Notes under the pieces: model-generated
Database searches by the model: none
The model's input: the letters and a program-made list of their open reading frames with translations, nothing else
What the model was told of the DNA's origin: nothing
Translations under genes and position numbers: made by a program
Source: Acidisphaera sp. L21
Lineage (GTDB): Bacteria; Pseudomonadota; Alphaproteobacteria; Acetobacterales; Acetobacteraceae
Reading direction: 5' to 3'
Assembly (NCBI RefSeq): GCF_009765685.1
Contig: NZ_LMUY01000043.1
Span: forward strand, 1,120 to 65,119
Length of the DNA stretch: 64,000 nucleotides
In this document: positions 10,194 to 19,085 of the stretch, piece by piece
How the letters are laid out: each line of letters opens with the position of its first letter
Numbering within the stretch: the stretch's first letter is position 1

Positions 10194-10862
10194 GTGGTTT
10201 CAGCTCCTGTTAGCACAGGTATGTCGGTAGTTCTAAATGGACAGTTCGCGCCTTGGACTTTCCGTCCTGACTTTCTTGCACGCGAGGGGTTTCTCACGCC
10301 TGAAGAAGCTGATGGCGCAATCAATCCAATTCTAAGTGCCGAATTCGTTCAATTTAAATTGTCGTGGGTGATGTTGACGGCAGAACTTCAACGACTCTCT
10401 ATTGCAACAATAGAAGAGCCTTATATTCGCATTCATGACCTTGTCTTGTCATATTTGACGCTGATGCCGCTTACCCCAGTATTGCATGTGGGCATCAATC
10501 GCAATGCTCATTTCCTGTGTAGTGGCACAAGGGAGTGGCATGAAATCGGTGATCGCCTCGCGCCAAAGGGCCCATGGGGAGAATTTGCTGAGGGGGAGGG
10601 CGTGACAAAGTCCGGATTGCGTAGCATGACGTTTGAAAGACCTCGCGATCCCAAAAGCGAGCTTCCCGGGCGCACGAGGGTGACGATTGAGCCATCGATG
10701 GTGCACAATCCGGGAATTTACATCGACGTGAATGATCATTACGACATCGTCGATGGTGGGCTACCCGGGAGCAGCGCCCGAGCTATGGAGCTTATTCAGA
10801 GACGGTGGGAGGTGAGCGAGGCAACACTGTCTCAAATTGCTCACAAAGTATTGGGGGCATAA
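10194..10862 (+). CDS. Hypothetical protein, first gene of a 3-gene low-GC cassette
   Basis: GTG start with RBS GGGAAGG 6 nt upstream. 222 aa, no recognisable motif. Stop TAA is immediately followed by the ATG of the next gene (translational coupling). Confidence 0.55.
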   Translation: MVSAPVSTGMSVVLNGQFAPWTFRPDFLAREGFLTPEEADGAINPILSAEFVQFKLSWVMLTAELQRLSIATIEEPYIRIHDLVLSYLTLMPLTPVLHVGINRNAHFLCSGTREWHEIGDRLAPKGPWGEFAEGEGVTKSGLRSMTFERPRDPKSELPGRTRVTIEPSMVHNPGIYIDVNDHYDIVDGGLPGSSARAMELIQRRWEVSEATLSQIAHKVLGA

Positions 10863-11441
10863 ATGAGCGCTTCAGTTGCCTACCAAACGCCGATCGCCCC
10901 GCAAGAACCACGCAACCCAACTCTGCATAAAGGGGTAACGGACTATGTGGACTCGAGACGTAAGCCTCCGCAAAGAGTTGCAGAGGTCCTACGAGCTGCA
11001 CGAGCACGGGTAAACAAGCCGGCATTTGGAACGCGTGAGGCCGAAGATAGCCCCGGTAAGGCTGACGTAACGCTAGCAAGCTCTGAGAGCGCAAATCTCC
11101 CTGCGCAATCGATTAGAGAGGACGTGATCCAGAGATGGGAAGGGAGAGTAACGTCTCTTGGATTGCATACATTTACGGCATCTTTAGTTGATGTTACAGC
11201 TGGGCATAAGATCGAGACTGAAGAGATTGAGTTACCATATGAAGAGATTCAGTTAGGAGATGTAAAAAGTCTTCGGATTGGTTCGATATTTGTTTGGCTT
11301 ATCGGGCATAGATACAATTCTGGATCCAGAGAGAAATTTGTCAGACTCATTGTTCGAAGGCTGCCGGCTTGGACACGAAGTGATTTAGAAAATGCTCGAG
11401 AAAAAGCCGCTAATTACTCCAAACTCATTGAATGGGAGTAA
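10863..11441 (+). CDS. Hypothetical protein, second gene of the cassette
   Basis: ATG abuts the upstream stop. 192 aa, no recognisable family. Its 3' end overlaps the start of the MBL gene. Confidence 0.5.
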   Translation: MSASVAYQTPIAPQEPRNPTLHKGVTDYVDSRRKPPQRVAEVLRAARARVNKPAFGTREAEDSPGKADVTLASSESANLPAQSIREDVIQRWEGRVTSLGLHTFTASLVDVTAGHKIETEEIELPYEEIQLGDVKSLRIGSIFVWLIGHRYNSGSREKFVRLIVRRLPAWTRSDLENAREKAANYSKLIEWE

Positions 11442-12564
11442 CCAAGATAGTCCACCTCATCCAGACCAAATCGAGGTAACTCTGATCGGCCCAGGCTACG
11501 GCGAGTGCGTTTGCATCCATATTGGTGCCGGAGAATGGATCGTCGTTGATAGTTGCATCAACTCAGGAAGCACAGAGCCCGCATCTGTCACCTACCTAAA
11601 CAGTATCGGCGTTGATCCCGGCCAGGCCGTAAAGCTTCTTGTTGCAACTCATTGGCATGACGATCATTGTCGTGGGCTGTCAAAATCACTCGAAGCATTT
11701 GGCTCTGCACAATTCGTGATGGCGAGTGTCCTGTCGCGTGACGAGTTTTCAACATTCGCGTCGGGATATGACGAGCGCCCCACCGCGAAAGTTGGGTCAA
11801 AGGTAACTGAAATCAACCAAGTATTTACTGCACTGACACAAGGACCTACACCTCGTCGAAAGGTTCGGCGAGCAAGCCAAGGTCGTGTGCTCCTTTCGAC
11901 AATAACCGGATCTACGACCTCGCGCGTCCAGTGTTGTGTGACGGCGCTGTCGCCTTCCGATCTCGCAGAGAGTGACTTCCTAGCGCGGCTAGCTGAAGAA
12001 ATGCCCAGTATTCGCAGAACAAAAAAAGCTGCGCCGGATATTTCTCCAAACGACGCGTCAGTAGCACTCTGGGTTGAAGTTGGAGATCGAGCAATTCTCC
12101 TCGGGGCAGATCTCGAAGAGTCCGGGCATCCTGAGCGAGGTTGGAGCGCCATTTTAGATGCGAACAATTTGCCCGTTGGAAAGGCTGATTTGTTCAAAGT
12201 GTCTCACCATGGTTCGTCGAACGGGCACCACCCAGAATTATGGAAAAAGAAGCTTAAGCCAGGCTCGCTCGCTGCGTTAACGCCATGGTCGCGTAATAAG
12301 GGGTTGCCCACGTCAGCCGACATTCGACGGCTTGATGGATTTACAAAGGGTGGGTTTGCAACAGCAAAAACGTTTCCGAACAGCGCGAGTTCAAAACCCG
12401 CAATCGTCCGATCCTATCTACGCCAACAGCGCTTAAGGCTCAGATCTTTAAATGAAGGCTTTGGAATGGTGAGGTTTCGCACGTCACCCCATCGGAGAGA
12501 TGGGGCATGGTGCATCGAGCTCTTCGACGGGGCTTGTAACATCATCAATTTACTAACTGCCTAG
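11392..12564 (+). CDS. MBL-fold metallo-hydrolase, ComEC/Rec2-C-terminal-like (COG2333-type) putative nuclease
   Basis: ATHWHDDHCRGL (HxHxDH zinc motif) and KVSHHGSSNGH (the HHGS motif typical of the ComEC beta-lactamase-like domain). 390 aa from ATG 11392; alternative TTG 11428. Overlaps the upstream gene. Confidence 0.75.
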   Translation: MLEKKPLITPNSLNGSNQDSPPHPDQIEVTLIGPGYGECVCIHIGAGEWIVVDSCINSGSTEPASVTYLNSIGVDPGQAVKLLVATHWHDDHCRGLSKSLEAFGSAQFVMASVLSRDEFSTFASGYDERPTAKVGSKVTEINQVFTALTQGPTPRRKVRRASQGRVLLSTITGSTTSRVQCCVTALSPSDLAESDFLARLAEEMPSIRRTKKAAPDISPNDASVALWVEVGDRAILLGADLEESGHPERGWSAILDANNLPVGKADLFKVSHHGSSNGHHPELWKKKLKPGSLAALTPWSRNKGLPTSADIRRLDGFTKGGFATAKTFPNSASSKPAIVRSYLRQQRLRLRSLNEGFGMVRFRTSPHRRDGAWCIELFDGACNIINLLTA

Positions 12565-12675
12565 CGATTTCTCCTCCAAGGATTGTGTCCAGACTATGTG
12601 CTTAGCCTGCGATCATCCAGTTAACACGCCGTTTGGATAGGCAACCTATTGATGCCCGTCGAAGGAAAGCGGCGA

Positions 12676-13101
12676 TCACCCTACGCTTGCTGGAGCGCGC
12701 TTAATCAGCCTGCGCAAGAACATCGGCACGTGATCTTCGCCGTATTCCTCACGCAAGCCTTCAATCCATGAGAGCTCCTGCGCCGACAGCACAGTGTTTC
12801 TCATCATGCCTTCAATCACCGCGAGGATCTTGGGTGAGTAGACCGAGCACCAAAGGCGCACGAGGCGAGGGGCATCAGCACCCAGCGCAGTTGCCAACGG
12901 CACAATCTTATCCTCGGGAACGCGCGTGACGCCACGCTTGAACATCGTAATCAGGTTCTGGTTGCCGTAGCCGATCTCGAATGCAATCTCGGTCTGCGTC
13001 TTGGGGCAGGCGTTAATTAGTCTCTTGATCTCTTCCACGAACGGATTGCTAACCGTCCCTGGTTCCTTCAACGGCGGCTGAGTTCGGGAAACACGAGCCA
13101 T
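12676..13101 (-). CDS. XRE/Cro-CI-type helix-turn-helix transcriptional regulator (repressor-like)
   Basis: HTH KTQTEIAFEIGYGNQNLITMFKRG. Start set at internal Met (MARVSRT...) with RBS AAGGGA. Divergently transcribed from the 13302 (+) small gene and Rep-like gene. Confidence 0.55.
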   Translation of the reverse strand: MARVSRTQPPLKEPGTVSNPFVEEIKRLINACPKTQTEIAFEIGYGNQNLITMFKRGVTRVPEDKIVPLATALGADAPRLVRLWCSVYSPKILAVIEGMMRNTVLSAQELSWIEGLREEYGEDHVPMFLRRLIKRAPASVG

Positions 13102-13301
13102 AATTATCCCTTGCAAAGCATCACGTCCACCCCTAAAGCGAGCGCTTACTGAGCGTAGCTGATCGTGTGCGATCGAGTCAACAGCACTCGTATCTTCCCT
13201 CTCCCACACGCCCTTCAAAGAGCGGAACCTCGAAAAAGACTTGAAACTAAGCGAGCGCTTACGTTATGAGATGGCAGAATGAGCCTTGAAGGAGATGAAG
13301 A

Positions 13302-13619
13302 ATGCTGAAGCCACGATACAGGTCATCTAAACTGGAAGCGATGATCCCGCGCGGAATGCACGTGCAGATTTCGACACTAGCCGATGCGCTCGGCTGCGAC
13401 GTCGACTCGCTGGTAATCGAGGGCATTGGAGATCTTCTAGTGCGTCTGGATCCAACGGGGGTTCATCGCATTCGGCACGCCAAACTAGAGGCGGGGATGG
13501 AAGCCATCGCAAGCATTACTAGGACACTTCAGACGCCCCACCGGCGCCGCACAACGAAGAGCAATACGCTGGTTGAAGAGAAAGATGATGAACAATCCAT
13601 CCCGTTCTACATCACATAG
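13302..13619 (+). CDS. Small hypothetical protein (possible RHH/CopG-like regulator) upstream of Rep-like gene
   Basis: 105-aa ORF divergent from the XRE gene. MIPRGMHVQISTLADALGCDVDSLVIEGIGDLLVRL resembles a small DNA-binding fold; weak. Confidence 0.3.
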   Translation: MLKPRYRSSKLEAMIPRGMHVQISTLADALGCDVDSLVIEGIGDLLVRLDPTGVHRIRHAKLEAGMEAIASITRTLQTPHRRRTTKSNTLVEEKDDEQSIPFYIT

Positions 13620-15315
13620 ATATGCCGATATTCTGATATTCCGATCTTGGAATATGCCGACATACATGTCTTGGCATATCACCCGACAGCTGACGATGCC
13701 ATTCCTCAGAAGTCGGCGTTTCGAAAGTAATTTCCTGGTCGACGATGCTTGGTCCAGCAGAGGGTCTAACGCATTGACGACGCTGGACCCCGCGCAAAAG
13801 CGAGGATCAGGGTTATCCAGCGGGGAAGACCGAGCCTGTAAAGAAGAAGACTTCTACTCTCCTGTGAGAAGAGAAGAGAAGAGAAGAGAAGAGAAGAGAA
13901 GAGAAGAGAAGAGCTGGAACGAGATCGCTGACAACATCCTCCTCTCAACCCACAACCATGAGCTTCCAATGACAGCTGTCCCGTTACCCACATCACGATC
14001 CACATCAACACCAAGCACAACGCCTTCTCCCACTACCCGCAGGGTGAACGCAGCTGGGCACGCATATCACGGCAGGAAGATACAGACTGCCACCAGGGGA
14101 CGTTACCCGTGGACGCCGAAAGCGCTGACGCCAGATGCAAGCCAATGTGCGACGATCGAACAGGTCAGTGGCGCATATGAGGCAATGCAGTTCGCTGCCA
14201 GCACAGGTCGCCGCCTCAACACGTGGTTCACCGTCATCTTCCCTCAACTGCATGGGAGTTCTGGTTGGCACGCAGGCGAGCCAGCAGGTCCACAGGTTCG
14301 GAAGCAGCGTGAGAGACTGCGGACTTGCCTAGCAGGTTGGTGCAATCGGCACGGCATCCCCCAGGCCTGGATCTCTGCTGTTGAGAACGTAGCAGGTCGC
14401 GGCCCGCATATCCACGTCTTGATGCACTTGCCGGAAGCTGCTCCACCCAAAACCCTGCCGACCGATGGCGAGATCATCCTTCTTGATCCATTGTGGCACC
14501 AACACCGCCAAAAGCTCTACGATTTGCTTCGCAAGTTTAGCGGCTGGAGTCAGAGAGAGTTGGATGCTGCCCCAGAAGGTCTGCGTCCGATCGACTTGTC
14601 GGAAGTCCACCTACCCACGGACCACCCCAAGGACAACACGTTCAGAAAGTTCTGCTACCTGGTGAAGTCACTCAGCCCCGACGAGGTTCTTACCTACCAG
14701 GGGCAGCGAATGACATTGGGCGAGATTATTTCCCATGACGGTTGTGGTGAAGATACCACCGTTCGGCCCTCGACGAACACTTACACGCACCGAATGGTCA
14801 GCTCTTCAAGAAGCATTGCCGCTGGTGCCAGGGAAAATGCCGGTTGGAAGGATGGCAAATTCGATCTCACGATACTGTCGCGGCGCATCCGTCAGGAGCG
14901 GTTGCGCGAGACTGCCTCTCGCCTGCTGCGCAATGAGCTGCCAACCAGAAAGCTCGCAGAGACAACCAGCAAGTCAGAACCGGATCCAATCCGCGATGCA
15001 GCGCTGACAAAACTCTTCGAGGCGATTGCAGCCAGCGCCGGAGACGCCGAAAACCGTGACGCAGCCGCACACGTGGATGAGCTCTTCGAAGAATATGATT
15101 TCAGCGACGATGAGCTCAGTGACTACGTTGCGCGGCATACGATGGCGACGGATTTGTCCTGCGACGATACCCTTGCAGAAACAAGCCCCAGGAAGGGCGC
15201 AGATGGCATCCTAGCGTCCACAGCTGGGGTAGGGGCATCTACGCGTCACATGCCGCTCAGCGACTCTCCTGCGCGTCGTATTGGGGCAGTATGGTGCCCG
15301 ATGGAGGGCTTATGA
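13573..15315 (+). CDS. HUH-endonuclease / rolling-circle Rep-like (replication-relaxation) protein with acidic C-terminal tail; true start possibly ATG 13969
   Basis: Motif 1-like NTWFTVIFP, HUH motif GPHIHVLMHLP, and Y-x-x-x-K motif KLYDLLRK ~35 aa later, in the order and spacing of RCR Rep/relaxase proteins. The N-terminal 130 aa of the listed ORF includes the (GAGAA)9 tract and REEKR repeats. Met at 13969 (MTAVPLP...) may be the real start. Confidence 0.5.
   Translation: MKRKMMNNPSRSTSHRYADILIFRSWNMPTYMSWHITRQLTMPFLRSRRFESNFLVDDAWSSRGSNALTTLDPAQKRGSGLSSGEDRACKEEDFYSPVRREEKRREEKRREEKSWNEIADNILLSTHNHELPMTAVPLPTSRSTSTPSTTPSPTTRRVNAAGHAYHGRKIQTATRGRYPWTPKALTPDASQCATIEQVSGAYEAMQFAASTGRRLNTWFTVIFPQLHGSSGWHAGEPAGPQVRKQRERLRTCLAGWCNRHGIPQAWISAVENVAGRGPHIHVLMHLPEAAPPKTLPTDGEIILLDPLWHQHRQKLYDLLRKFSGWSQRELDAAPEGLRPIDLSEVHLPTDHPKDNTFRKFCYLVKSLSPDEVLTYQGQRMTLGEIISHDGCGEDTTVRPSTNTYTHRMVSSSRSIAAGARENAGWKDGKFDLTILSRRIRQERLRETASRLLRNELPTRKLAETTSKSEPDPIRDAALTKLFEAIAASAGDAENRDAAAHVDELFEEYDFSDDELSDYVARHTMATDLSCDDTLAETSPRKGADGILASTAGVGASTRHMPLSDSPARRIGAVWCPMEGL
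13866..13913. repeat. Perfect pentanucleotide microsatellite (GAGAA)x9 (+GAG)
   Basis: Read directly: gagaa repeated nine times from 13866 to 13910, then gag. Lies inside the 5' part of the listed Rep-like ORF, or 56 nt upstream of the alternative start. Confidence 0.95.
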
Positions 15316-15499
15316 GGCCAGCCGCAACGCCACCCAGGACGCACGAGCAAAAATACCGATCTGACGCCCTCCTGGCCAGCCTGGCAATTGCTGCATCGGT
15401 TCGGCCTGAACTGAAGCAGGCCGTCAGCTTACCAAGGAACCAAGCTCCTCGCTCAGCATATGCGCCAAACGGCATATGCCAATGTTCGCATGAACGCAT

Positions 15500-16180
15500 A
15501 TGTCGACATGCTTATACAGGAATATGAAGATGGATATTCAAACCGCACGCTCAGCCTTTGCCGTTCTTAGCCTTTCAGGACGCCTAGAGGTTATCCAGAC
15601 CCTCGCTAAGCACGAACCTCATGGTCTCACTGTTGGACAGATTGCTACAATCGTCGACAGAAGTCAGCCGCATACGTCGAAGTATCTAACCACCTTGTTC
15701 ACCGCCGGATTGGTCACAAGGGGACCCCGTAGCCGCACCACGATCTATCACGCTAATTCAGGCAAGCTTTCAGAACTGAAATCGCTTTTAGGTCCACAGG
15801 CTGAGATTGTGCTTTTTCCCGATATCGTTGCTAAAGCCGCGCCCGGAAATATCGCTCCACCAAATAAACCTTCAGCCGAGAATGACGGGCGGTCTTCCAT
15901 TGCGGCAGAGATAAGAGAAATCGAACGTCAAGATGACAAGAGCCGTTGGCTTTCTGATGAGGAGTTAGATGAACTAGACGAATTTCAAACGGCCAACAGA
16001 ATGAAGGCTGTGGCCTTGGAGGCAACGATCAGCAAAGGCGTAACGGAGGAAAAGAAACGCATACTGGAGATGGAGATTAGTGTTCTCATGGAAGATCCCA
16101 GGATGAAAGTTTATATAAGCGATCAACTGATCGAACGAAACAGTTCAAGAGAATTAGATCTGCTTCTCGCAGATCTGTAG
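15500..16180 (+). CDS. ArsR/SmtB-family HTH regulator with long acidic C-terminal extension
   Basis: ARSAFAVLSLSGRLEVIQTLAKHEPHGLTVGQIATIVDRSQPHTSKYLTTLFTAGLVTR is a typical ArsR wHTH. The C-terminal ~120 aa is acidic/coiled (DEELDELDEF...). Confidence 0.6.
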   Translation: MSTCLYRNMKMDIQTARSAFAVLSLSGRLEVIQTLAKHEPHGLTVGQIATIVDRSQPHTSKYLTTLFTAGLVTRGPRSRTTIYHANSGKLSELKSLLGPQAEIVLFPDIVAKAAPGNIAPPNKPSAENDGRSSIAAEIREIERQDDKSRWLSDEELDELDEFQTANRMKAVALEATISKGVTEEKKRILEMEISVLMEDPRMKVYISDQLIERNSSRELDLLLADL

Positions 16181-16300
16181 AGGAGTCCAGTATATTATAT
16201 TGCGATGATCTTGGAGAAAACCCGCATCGACATCATCCAGCTGCTGGAAGGAGCCAGATGGGCTCGCCGCAGGGGAGCTGCCCCGATGCTTGCGGCCGTT

Positions 16301-16324
16301 ACCGCCACCGCCACCGCCACCGCC
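16301..16324. repeat. Hexanucleotide repeat (ACCGCC)x4
   Basis: accgccaccgccaccgccaccgcc read directly. Intergenic, 3' of the minus-strand lipoprotein gene. Confidence 0.85.
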
Positions 16325-16376
16325 AATGGGAACGACCTTTTTGCCTGCCCTGACGCCGGTCGACGCCTTCTCCCAA

Positions 16377-16955
16377 CTAGGAGTTTACCTGATGGATGCG
16401 GGCTTTTACCTCTGGGCTGTGTTCAAGAGCATCGATGAACGCAGCAATGTTGTTCTGAGCCGCCCGGTTGATGGACTCGCGGGCACGGATTACGCCAAGG
16501 AACGCGAAGTCTCCTGGAGTCTTGCCCTCAGCCGAGATTATTTGAGAGAAAAGGATCTCTCCGCTAGCCCGGTTGATGATCGTGTAACGAGCATCTGTCT
16601 GCGTCGGGAACGTTATGCCGGCAGACGGCGCATCAAACTTCAGGATCTTTACCTCAAGGCTGACGTGACTGTGGCTGTCATCATTGAAGATAGCCGCGCG
16701 AGCTAGCGCCTCCTGGGTCGCTTCCTTCCACGGGGCGGTAAGCTCCGCGACGGCTGGGGGCAGTGGGCCTGTGCGCTCATTGGGAGCTCCCGTCGTAACC
16801 GTCACGCCTCTCAGGTCCTCATCAAGGACACTGGCGCTGGGTTGGACGTTCAGCACCGAGAAGTTCATCGGCTGCGGCGGGTTACAGGCAGCAAGCGGAC
16901 CAACACACGCGAAGATTAGAGCTAGTCGCAGTATGCAGGTTGATCGAGCGGTCAT
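16377..16955 (-). CDS. Putative lipoprotein
   Basis: MTARSTCILRLALIFACVGPLAAC: signal peptide with lipobox LAAC. Start chosen at this internal Met of the listed ORF (16377-17018). Confidence 0.5.
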   Translation of the reverse strand: MTARSTCILRLALIFACVGPLAACNPPQPMNFSVLNVQPSASVLDEDLRGVTVTTGAPNERTGPLPPAVAELTAPWKEATQEALARAAIFNDDSHSHVSLEVKILKFDAPSAGITFPTQTDARYTIINRASGEILFSQIISAEGKTPGDFAFLGVIRARESINRAAQNNIAAFIDALEHSPEVKARIHQVNS

Positions 16956-17393
16956 TCTTTCGTCACTCCGTTTCGCCATAGGTCGCAGGAGGTCACTATC
17001 AACGCAACCCAGGATCACACGACAGCCGCATTTACAGATCGGGAAAAGGTGCGCCCCCGGATCGAAGCGCTTGCACGCCGAACCTTGATCGTCTGCGTCA
17101 GCACCAATTGCATCTCAGCGAAGAAGGCGTGCAACCTGATATCACTACTTCACTACGTCAAAGTTGCAACCTCTCATGCAATGCCTCAACGTTGCATTAC
17201 ATGTAATTCGACGTTGGAGTGTTGAGGCTGCTAACCCAGTAGCAAAATGGACTCGGCGGACAGACCACCGACCTGCCGTCGCTATAGTAGAACGGTGGCC
17301 ATGCTAATTGACGCAGCTGCTGCTGGTGGGATGTCATCGTTAGGCGATGGATGACCAGTGGGTGAACGGACCGATAGTGCCAGCAGCTGTCCT

Positions 17394-17891
17394 TCAGCCA
17401 GGAAGAACGGGACGGATGCCTTTGCAAATCGGATAGTTGGAGCATCCCATGAAGGTGCTTCCAGCATACCTGCCCTTCCGAGCTTGCCTCTTTCGCATTG
17501 AGCCGCCGCATCGCGGACATAGAACGGCGGCTTTCATAGCGGAGGTAGTTGGCGTAGAAGGAATGGGTGCCGCTGTAAGAGTAATGGGTGCTTGCGGTGT
17601 TGGCCCTGTGACGCTGGGCGGTGGTGTGACGTAGCGGGTGAAGACGTAGATGCCGGTGGCAACGGCGGCGATCAGTGGCAACAAGCCCCACAGTGTGTGA
17701 TGCACGCCACCATGGTGAGAGCAGGCACCTTGCCTGCCAATCGACGGCGATAGATACCCATCATTGCATGCGGCATCTGGCACAAACCAGGACAGAGCGT
17801 AGGTCGAAAGGATCATGACCAGCAGACCAGCAAGGATGCTGGTCACGATCGGGCGTGCCTTAAAAAACTCTAGAGCTTTGTGTGGCTTCAT
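17394..17891 (-). CDS. Membrane protein with DUF3761-like domain and C-terminal topoisomerase-type C4 zinc finger
   Basis: N-terminal TM helix, then YLSPSIGRQGACSHHGGV (DUF3761-like). C-terminus CPRCGGSMRKR...GCSNYPICKG (zf-C4_Topoisom-like). Confidence 0.55.
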   Translation of the reverse strand: MKPHKALEFFKARPIVTSILAGLLVMILSTYALSWFVPDAACNDGYLSPSIGRQGACSHHGGVHHTLWGLLPLIAAVATGIYVFTRYVTPPPSVTGPTPQAPITLTAAPIPSTPTTSAMKAAVLCPRCGGSMRKRQARKGRYAGSTFMGCSNYPICKGIRPVLPG

Positions 17892-18210
17892 GATTTTGTG
17901 ACCGGCTCCAAAGCGACCTTCCTGTGTGCACGTCCTGATGGGTCACCTTCCCAGCAAAGCAGGGATAGAGGCACTCGCGCTACAAATGCCACTCAGCGAG
18001 TTTCTAGCGAGTCATTGGTGGCATTTGCGGTGCCAGGGGTGGGCACAATCCCATTCCCGGCGTTGATTGGTGGAGGGGCAATAGCAGAAATGCCAATCCA
18101 CTCTGTTCACCTACGACGACACCTTCGGTCTTGTCTGACTTGAACCTGAAATCAGGCTAGAATTGCTAATCGCAACAGGCAGAAAAGCTAACGTCGCCTG
18201 GGGTGGGGCC

Positions 18211-18340
18211 AAGCTGACGACGGGGAATTGGCCCCGCCATTAAACCAGGAGAGTAATGATGCACCATCAGTTCCACCTTGGTTGTTCGTCACTCGGATTG
18301 TCAAGGTCAGTGGGACCATTCCACACGAGATGAGGCCCGC
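18211..18340 (+). repeat. Dispersed repeat A, copy 1 (5' segment of small-gene family incl. RBS AGGAGA + ATGATG)
   Basis: ~80% identical by eye to 22468-22600 outside a central indel. Shared blocks: agctgacgacggggaat, ccaggagagt[ag]atgatg, tcgtcactc[gt]gattgtcaaggt[ct]agt. Confidence 0.8.
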
Positions 18341-18539
18341 ACTATTCCTGCACTTGGTGAATGATGCCCTGCAGAACACCATCTGCCACCTGAACCACAT
18401 CGCTCAGCGGCGCGATGATTATGCGCGTTCAAGCCCCACCGCGACACACGTGTTCCTATTCCTCAGCATCAGCTCGGTCTTCATGCTGGCTGCATGGTTA
18501 CAAACGTGCAACCAGGTTTGTCTGGGCACATGGTTGTAA
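18228..18539 (+). CDS. Small ORF (103 aa), the most intact member of a thrice-repeated small-gene family in the island; possibly degenerate ArsR-like
   Basis: TTG start. Carries the conserved 5' segment (gctgacgacggggaat...caggagagtaatgatg...tcgtcactcggattgtcaaggtcagtggg) shared with 22468-22600. Product ...NTICHLNHIAQRRDDYARS... weakly resembles an ArsR recognition helix. Confidence 0.3.
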   Translation: MAPPLNQESNDAPSVPPWLFVTRIVKVSGTIPHEMRPALFLHLVNDALQNTICHLNHIAQRRDDYARSSPTATHVFLFLSISSVFMLAAWLQTCNQVCLGTWL

Positions 18540-18836
18540 CCATGCAAGCTTGCAACGTTTGAACCTTGCACCCGTGAGCGCCAGCCGGGGCGCATAGTTT
18601 GGCACCTGCCTTGACGGAAAATGTGCTAGCAGCACTCACCCAGGCGCTGACGTCAGCAGCCCCTGACTACTTGATGATGCGTCGCGCGACTGCGCCGTTC
18701 ACGCCAACTGGGGCACCGACGATCGAAACAGTGACTGCGATCAAACCGGAGTTGTGATCTGTGACGGACCCACATAGGGTGCTAATCGAAAAACCAGATC
18801 TCGGCACGAGACAATCAGTGATGATGGAAATGGCGT

Positions 18837-19085
18837 ATGTTGGTGTCCACCTTAGTTCCTGCGGTAGTCGTCGCCGTATTTATCTACTTCCTTGCAAGTC
18901 GGTTACGCTGGCAATGGCTATCTTATGGACTTACCATCGTTGCTGCTTCTACACTTATTTATGCTGGCTCCGTGCATCTTGTGTTTACAGGTATAGAGGT
19001 CGTTGGGGTTGGATGTCTTGCCACGTGGCTCGATCCTTTGGGTGCTTGGAAGAAAAAAGGGGATTCCGAACATCAGAAATCTTGA
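18837..19085 (+). CDS. Small two-TM membrane protein (hypothetical)
   Basis: MLVSTLVPAVVVAVFIYFLASRLRWQWLSYGLTIVAASTLIYAGSVHLVF...: two clear hydrophobic helices. 82 aa. Confidence 0.3.
   Translation: MLVSTLVPAVVVAVFIYFLASRLRWQWLSYGLTIVAASTLIYAGSVHLVFTGIEVVGVGCLATWLDPLGAWKKKGDSEHQKS

Noticed and set aside
16290-16706. ORF encoding MRPLPPPPPPPPMGTTF... (poly-Pro) on + strand.
   Set aside because: The poly-Pro is just the (ACCGCC)4 hexanucleotide repeat read in one frame. The opposite strand encodes a lipoprotein with a proper lipobox, which is the better gene model.
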